Shown one piece after another: positions 52,198-61,000 of a stretch of DNA of 64,000 bases. Under the pieces are notes generated by a model that was given only the letters and a program-made list of their open reading frames with translations, was not told the origin of the DNA and did not search any database. The position numbers and the translations under genes are program-made. Source of the stretch: Piromyces finnis finn (taxonomy: Eukaryota > Fungi > Neocallimastigomycota); NCBI GenBank assembly GCA_002104945.1, contig MCFH01000023.1:186001-250000 (forward strand), given 5' to 3'. Numbering within the stretch: the first letter of the stretch is position 1; each line of letters starts with the position of its first letter.

Positions 52198-53664
52198 GAA
52201 TTTAAAAATTATTGCGGTTAGTTAAAATAACTTGGAATATGCCGCACTAAAATTTAATATTAAAAAATGGCGCATTTAAAATTTTGTATTTCAAAATACA
52301 CAGAATATTCATAAATTTTGTATTAAAAATAAATAATTATAAGTTTTATCAAAAAGAATATTTTAAATTTATATTCTTTTTTTAAAACTATATTTATAAA
52401 TTTTATAAATATTTTTAATGTTTATAATTAAAAGACTTTTTTTCTTGTATTTACTCACTAAATAAAAGAATTACTATTTATTATTAAATTAATATTTATA
52501 TTTTTTTTTTTAGATTGAATTATAAATCATTGTTAAAAAAACTAAATAAATAGAAAATATTATTAAAATAAATAATATCCATTTTTAGTAGGAAATATGG
52601 TCGAAATGAGTTAAAACTATTTTAATTATAAATGATGAAACATTGTTAACTATTATTAATTTATTTTATTTATTCTATATATTATCCTATAAAATGTTAT
52701 AGTCCCTAAAATATTTAACCCAAGTCTATATTTCTACATTCTATAACTATGATAACTTTTAGATTCTGAAAGTAAAATAATGTATATCGCAAAGAGAAAT
52801 TTATTTATTTAATATTAAATAAAAGATGTTATTAAACGTATTTTAAATGAAAATTTTAAACATTATCGATGTTCCCTTTTTTTTAAATAAATAAATAAAT
52901 ATGAAGTTGTTTTGAAATGTTTCATTCAACTTAAATTTTATTTCCTCTAAAATAAGAATATTTAACTATTAAGTAATATGTTAACTTATTATAAAATGGA
53001 TTTAATATATAAATAAAAAAAACATGTTATTTTAATGAATGAATTATATAAAATTAAGTGAAAATAAAAAACATTTTAAATTATATTACTTGTAAAGATT
53101 TTATCAAACTTAAAAAAAAACTTATAAATATAAAAATGAATATGGAAAGTACTTAAATAACCAATTATTCATTTTAATAGCTTAAATAATGTCTTTCCTT
53201 TTTTTTATTAAACAATAAATAATAAATTCATATAAAAAAAACAATCTTTTGTTTGTTAGTAGGAGAGTTTTTATTTTTTATGATTAAGGCTATAATAAAT
53301 TAGTGAAGGGTTAAGTATAAAATAAGAATGATTTGTAATAATATATTATTTATATCATTACTAATAAATTATTCTTAAAAAAGTTTGTTATCTTTTTTAA
53401 TTGTATTATTTTTATAAATAAATATGCCTTTATTGAGTTTAATATGTTAAAATATCTTAATCTAGTTAAAGAAAAAAACATCATATATAAATGAATAATT
53501 GGAAGTTAGTTTTTATATTCAACTATGATGAAATCCAATGAAACCTATGTCTTAATTTATTATTTTGAAATTTAACTATTGTAATTAATATGGAAACAAA
53601 TATACTAAGATTAAATCTACAATAATACTAAATAATAATTTATATTATATAATTTGTAATATAT

Positions 53665-53695
<31 letters not shown>

Positions 53696-53960
53696 CAGAA
53701 CAAAACAATAAATCATAACTATTATATAAAAATAAAATATTATCAAAAAGTAAAATTATTTATATTTTACTTTGATTTTATTATATATATATTTATTACA
53801 TTAAAAAAAATATTGAAATAATTAATATTATAATGAATTATATTTTATACGATAGTGTTAAACCTTAATTATTATATATTGTTTTAAAATTCTATGTTTA
53901 TATTTAATTTAATACTTTTAATATATATTTAATCGTTTGAAATACTATATATTATGTTAT

Positions 53961-54541
53961 TTATCTATATTCTTGTTCTTGACTATATTTTTTGATAATT
54001 TTTTCAATGGCACTATATAGATTTTTATTGTAGTAATGGCAAGGTTTATTAATATTACTATATGATCCTTCCCACAATTCTAATTTTAGACACTACATTA
54101 AATATTCTATGACGTCTAGTTTGCCTTCATGAATGGCTAATGATAATAAAGTGTTTCCTAAAGAATCTTGTTTATTTATATTAATACCATGGACTATCAC
54201 GCATTTCAATATATTTAAATCACCATCATGGATTAAAAAGATATACGAAAGTGGATCATTAAGTATTGGTTGAGGATTTACTCTATGTTTCACTAAATAA
54301 AATGCAATAGGTATAACCATCTAAAACATATTCAACTATTGATTTTCTATATTTGCTTATAAAGTTAATATTAAGTTCATCTTCAAAAAAGGTTTTCATT
54401 AAGTTTAAATTATTTGAATCAATTAAAAATTTAATAACAGTAAATGAAATAGAAATGTCATTATTATCAGAACTCCTCATTGAAACTATTTTTATTTATA
54501 AAAAATATTTATGGGAAAAAGATAATATTTTAGGGGGTTAG
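53961..54541 (-). pseudogene. Ankyrin-repeat pseudogene
   Basis: Overlapping frames 54283-54480 and 54093-54320 (GININKQDSLGNTLLSLAIHEGKLDVIEYL) are joined by a frameshift. After an in-frame TAG at 54093-54095 the same frame continues CLKLELWEGSYSNINKPCHYY..EYR to a stop at 53961. Confidence 0.65.
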
Positions 54542-55057
54542 ATTGGGAAAAATGAAATATTCATTATAACAGAAATAATAAATATTAGTAATAATATTTT
54601 AACTTATCTAAAATATAAGAATAAATAGTATATACTTTTAAATAATTTAACATAGGTAGCATTCATCATCCAACAAAGCATCTATTATTATTATAACAAC
54701 AACAACAACAACAACAACAACAATAATAATAATAATTACAGCAACAACAATTATCATTATATCAGAATTTCTTTCAACATTTAAATTATAATAGAGAATA
54801 ATATTATAAAAATAAAAATAAGATATTCTATATATAGATAGATAAAGAACAAATAAGTGGTCAATAATATATAAATATAAATATAAATATAAATGGAAAA
54901 ATAATAATAAAAAAAAAAATAGTGATTAAATATAAGTAGTATAAATTAGATAGAGAATAGAATGGAAAAAATTCTTTTTTTTTTTTTTTTTTAAAATTAA
55001 TAAATTAATATAATAATTGTTTCTTTTATTAATAATTGTTTTTTTTATTAATAATTG

Positions 55058-55092
<35 letters not shown>

Positions 55093-55093
55093 A

Positions 55094-58000
55094 TTAATTC
55101 TTATTTATTGGTGGGGTTGCTCCAAGATCTAATAAATATTTTACAAAAATATCATGATGATTTTTCATGGCTAATGAAAGGGCATTGTTTCCTTGTTTAT
55201 CAACTTTATTAATATCTACTCCATTGTTTACTAAATAATCAATAATTTTTATATTGTTATCATTTTTGGCATGAATACAATGAATTAATGAATGTTGACC
55301 AAAATAATCTTCACTGTTCACTTCAGCTCCATGTTCTACCAAATATTTTACAATCCTTTCTTTTTTTTCTATATTTTTTTGTTGTTCCTCTTCATATTCT
55401 TGATCATTAAAATACGAAAATTGATAATAATCTTTATTGGAATTAGTTGGATTTTTTATGGTATAGATTAATGGGGTTTCATCATACCTCATTCTTTGAT
55501 TCACATTGGCTCCACATGAAATTAAAAATTTAACTATTTTTTCGTTATTTCCTTGAATCGCTCGAATTAATGGATAACTCGTATCATCATCACTTTTATA
55601 ATTTTTTTTATTGATGTCTACCCCATGCTTTATCAAATAGCTTATGATTTCTATATTTCCATTATCAATGGCTTTTATTATTGGTGCTACAGCTCCATTG
55701 TCTTGATGAACATCTGCACCATGGTCAATTAAATATTTAACTATTCTTTCTTTTTTCCGTTCAAAACTAATAGCACTTTCATCATCATCTTTGCTTCTAT
55801 CATCAAATCCGTAATAACGATTGTAATGATCTGTTAAACCAATGGCACAAGATAACGGTGTAAGATCATTGATATCACATTGATTAACATTAGCACCGTG
55901 ATCAATCAAATATTTAATCATTCTTTCATTTTTTGTTTTAATGGCTGTTAAGAGGTGCGTCTGCCCTCCTTTTAATATATTAATATTGGCACCGCAATCT
56001 AGTAATAGGGCAATACTATTTAGATTTTGGTGTTGAATGGCATAATAAAGCGGTGTAAATCTACATCTTTCTCCGTTAATATGAGATCCTTTATCAATTA
56101 AATACCTTATTATATTTTCATCCCCATGGATGGCTGCAAAAGATATTGCTGTCTTCTCACCGTCCCTTGTTACTTGATTAATATCTGCCTGGTTCTCTAT
56201 TAAATATTTAACAAGTTTCATTTGTCCATTTTGAACAGCATGACATAAAGGTGTACCATTATTATTATCGTTTATATTTATATTAGCTCCTTGATGAATA
56301 AGATATCTAGCTATAGTGTCATTGCCATTGTCTATTGCGCATATTAAAGCATCACTCTTATCTATGTTAGCCCCATGCTCTATTAAAAATCGTACAATAG
56401 TTTCATTATTTTTTTGAACTGCCTTTTTTAATGGACGACCATTTATTCCTTCTTTCTCTATATTGGCTCCCGAATCAACCAAAAATCTAATTAAATTTTC
56501 ATTTTCATTTTGAATTGCGTAGATTAATGGTGTTTCATACATTTGTCTGCATCTATTTATATCGGCACCACATTGAATTAAATATCTTGAAAGATTTTCA
56601 TTATTGTTCTTTACAGCGCAAACGAGTGGGATATTAACAAAATACCCTCCACCATCCATATTAATATCAGCACCGCATTGAATTAATAGTTTTACAAATC
56701 TTTCGTCATTATTATTTATTGCAATAACTAATGGTAATAAATTTTCTGATTTGTTAACATCAGCACCACAATATATTAAGTATTTAACCATAGCTTCATT
56801 TCTGTTTTGGATTGCTAAATTCAATGGAGTGTTACTGGTTTTTATGTCTGCACCATTATCAATTAAATATTTAACGATATTTAAATTATTGGTTCTTGAA
56901 GCTTCAATTAATGCGTTAGGATCAATTTTGGCTTTATGATAAATTAAATAATTTATGATCCCTTCCATATTATTTTTTATTGCTAAATCTAAAGGTGACT
57001 CTCCATCCTTATTTGTTACATTTACATCAGCACCAACATCAATAAGATACTTAATAATATTTTCATTGCTACTTACTATTGATTCTAATAACGGTGAATT
57101 AAAACATAATTTATAATTGACATCAGCTCCTGATTCAACTAAATACTGAATAATATTCATATTTTGATTTCGTACAGCATAAATTAATGCTGATTCACCT
57201 TGATTTATTTCTGTGTTCATTTCTACTCCATATTCAATCAAATATTTTACGAGATTTTCATTATTATTTTTTATTGCAACTGTTAAAGAAGTATCACTAC
57301 CAACATTATGGCTTCTTTCATTAATGTCAATTCCACATTCTATTAAATATTTAATTATATTCTCATTGTTTGTTTTAATTGCTTCTACTAATGGTGGATT
57401 TTCCTTGTAATTGTTTAATTTAGCACCATTTCTTATTAAACATTTAACAATATTCTCTTTTGCGGTTTGAATGGCTAGAATTAGTGGACATTTATAACTT
57501 CTAGAATATGAATTTACATCGGCACCTTGATCAATTAAATATTGAACTAACGATTCCTTACCATGAATAATTGAAAAACAAATAATTGGATCATAATTAT
57601 TATCATTTTGATTACCTTTTATAGAATTATGGTATATGATATTTAATAAATGGAATGATTGCAAATTTTCTGATTTATCCATTTTTAATATACTTTTAAA
57701 TAATTCAGACTCAATATTTATATGGTTAATTGATGTTAAATTCGATCCATTTGTTATTAAGTATTTTATAATCATTTCGTTTTCTTCCATAATAGCATAT
57801 ATTAACGGAGTAAAACCTTGACTGTCTTTAGCATTAACATTCAAATGATGTTCAACAAGGCATTTTATCATTTCTATACTATTTTTCTTTACAAGTATTT
57901 TAAAAATTTCTATATTTTTATTAATGCTTTCAATATTTGCTGGATCTTTTTCTAATAATTCTTTTACTACTATTATATTATTTGAAATTATTGCTAATTT

Positions 58001-61000
58001 TATTGAAGAATAGTTATTATCGTTTTTTATGCTATGATTTAAAATACTATTGATCTGAATATATACTTTCTGATATTCAGTATTATTATATTTTTTATTT
58101 ATATCATAGAGAGATTCATTTGAATTATTTGTGAAACTTTTATCTGCCCCATTATCTATTAAAAGTTTAAAACTATCAACTTTTCTCTTTTTTATTGCAA
58201 TACTAAGTGGTACATCACCTGATCCATTTTGTTCATTAATATCTGCTCCTTTATCAATTAAGTATTTTACCACTTTTTCACAGCCATGTTGTATTGAATA
58301 AATTAACATAGAATCCTTATTTTCATCCTTTTGATGAATTTTTAATATATTATTATTGAAAATGGTCAAGATATTTGGCAGTTGAAGATGAATAAAGCTT
58401 TTAAATAATTCAATATTTATATCAATACTCTTCAATTCCTCCCAGCTTGCACCACATTTTATTAAATAATCGATAATTTCTTTATTTTTTGACTCCACTG
58501 CATAAACTAATGGCGTATACTTGTTAATATCTTTAACGTGTATATCAATAATTTTTGGAATAATTTGTTTTAACATATTTACATTGTCTTTCTCTACTAT
58601 GAAATCTTTAATTTCTATTTTATCATTAACTACACTGATATCATCTAACTTTTTTAGTATAGTTAATACACTATTTTCAATATTATTTGAAATTGTATAT
58701 ATCAGATTTAAATATTTATATTTATATTGGATTTTTATATTGTTACTTAATAAAAATTTCAAAATATCAACTTTTTTATCTATAATTATTTCCTTAATAA
58801 AATTACATTTAAGTGAGTTAATATTCACATTATTTTCAATTAAATATTCAATTAATTTTATATATCGTTTTTCAATGGCATATATTAATAATGTTTTACC
58901 ATCTCTATATTGTTTATTGATATCTAATCCGTAATCAATTAAAATTTCTAACAAATCCATTCTTTCCTTTTCAATAATTTCTATTAATATTTCGTTTAGG
59001 CTTGAATTTTTAATAATAAAAGGATATATTTCAGAAGATTTTGGATTATTATTAAAATAATTATCTAATAAGCTAGTTTTATTTGGAACATCTTGGAAAT
59101 CCGCATTACAACGAATTAAATAATGAATTAAAGGCTCATTAGATATATCAATTGCACATTTTAATAGACTTTGAGGATAATCTTCATTTGAACTATTAAA
59201 TTTACTATTTACATCAATATAATCCGGAATTAATAATTTTAGCATAGGAAGATTAGTCTTATAAATGATTTGCTCTATAATTTTATTTATAGAATTATGA
59301 ATATTAATACCATTATCAATGAAATATTTTGCTATTCTAATGTTATCAGAAAATACAGCACGACATAAAAGTGAAAAACCATATTCATCTTTTCTATTTA
59401 TATTAATATATTGAGGTATAAGTTTTTGTATTATATCTAATCTATCATTATTTATTATAGTTTCTATATCTTCATCTAATAAACTGTCCTTTTTATTATG
59501 TTTAATTAAACATTCTATTTTTGAAATATCTTCATTTTCAATAGCATATCTTATGATCGACATTTTCTTATTATTTTTATTTATTGAGTTATTTATATTT
59601 GCACCATTTTCAACAAGAAGTTTAATTATTGGTAAGGCATTTTCTTTAAAAGCTATCATAAATATTGATAATCCATTTTTATCATATGAGTTTACATCAG
59701 CACCATTTTTAATAAGATCACCCATCCATTCTAATTTTTCCTTCAATGAATAATTTCTCATCATTGTAATTGCTACTAATAATGGATTTTTGTCTATATA
59801 AGTTTTATTTATTGATACATTTTTATTCTTAAGTAATAATAATAGTAATTCACGATTTTTTAAGTGTATTGAAATTTCTATTGAGGAGTGACCTTTAAAA
59901 CAACTATTATTTTTTATTGAATTAATTTCTATATTTCTCAAAATTAAATTTTTTATCAATTCTTTGTCTTCTTTGAAAAGTGCAAAATGTAGTATATTAT
60001 ACCCATAACAATCCAACGAGTGAATATATGAAGAGTTTATTAAAACTTCAAATATTTCTTGACGACGTAATAAATAAGAAAGTGTTAGAGGAGTTAACCA
60101 ACTATCATTGTTAACATTGTTATTCTCATTTTTTATATTATAATTTTCATTATTTATAAGAGACTTTACATTATCAATATTGTTTTGTTCGATAGCAGTT
60201 AGTAATAATGATGATTTTTTATTTTTTGAATTTATGTTTATTGATACGCTTTTTCTAAATAAATGTTGCAAAATTATGTATTTTCTATTTTTTAAAGCTA
60301 ATATTATAAGTGGTATATTATTAATATTTTTTATATTGACATTGGCACCTTTATCTAGTAAATAATCAAATATTTCAATTATTTTACTTTCATTGTCTTC
60401 GTTTAATGAATAAAATGCTGTAATTAAAGGATAATCGCCATTTTTGTCCCTACTATTAATATTTATTTGATTATTTTCTATTATATATTGAATTGGTTTT
60501 TTAGAACATAATTTAATATAAATATTTAATAACAATATTAAATAGGCATTATCTAGTCCTTTTAATTCAAGGTTATTAATTTCTGTTATTGATTCGAAAT
60601 CTTCAATATTAAAGAGTTTTTCAATAAGAGATTTTGCTACTAAAGTATTATCAATTTTATTTGAAAACAATAATAAATTTTCAATCAAATCTTTTTTAAT
60701 ATCATTATTATTTAATAAATATTCATTAAAATAATTTATTAAATGAACATTATTATTCTTAATTGAAAATTTTAAAATTTTATTTATATCAATTGATTTA
60801 TTATCGATGTATTTTTTTAAATCAAAAATTTCATGATGGAATAAATAATTAATCAAAAAATCAATAAAAATAGAATTATTAATTTTACCAATTATCATAA
60901 ATATTTTTTCTATATTGTTTGAATCCAGTTGTATAGGATAAAATTGCTTAAAATATTTCTCTATTATATATTTAAAAATTTGGAAATCTTTAATTTTAAT

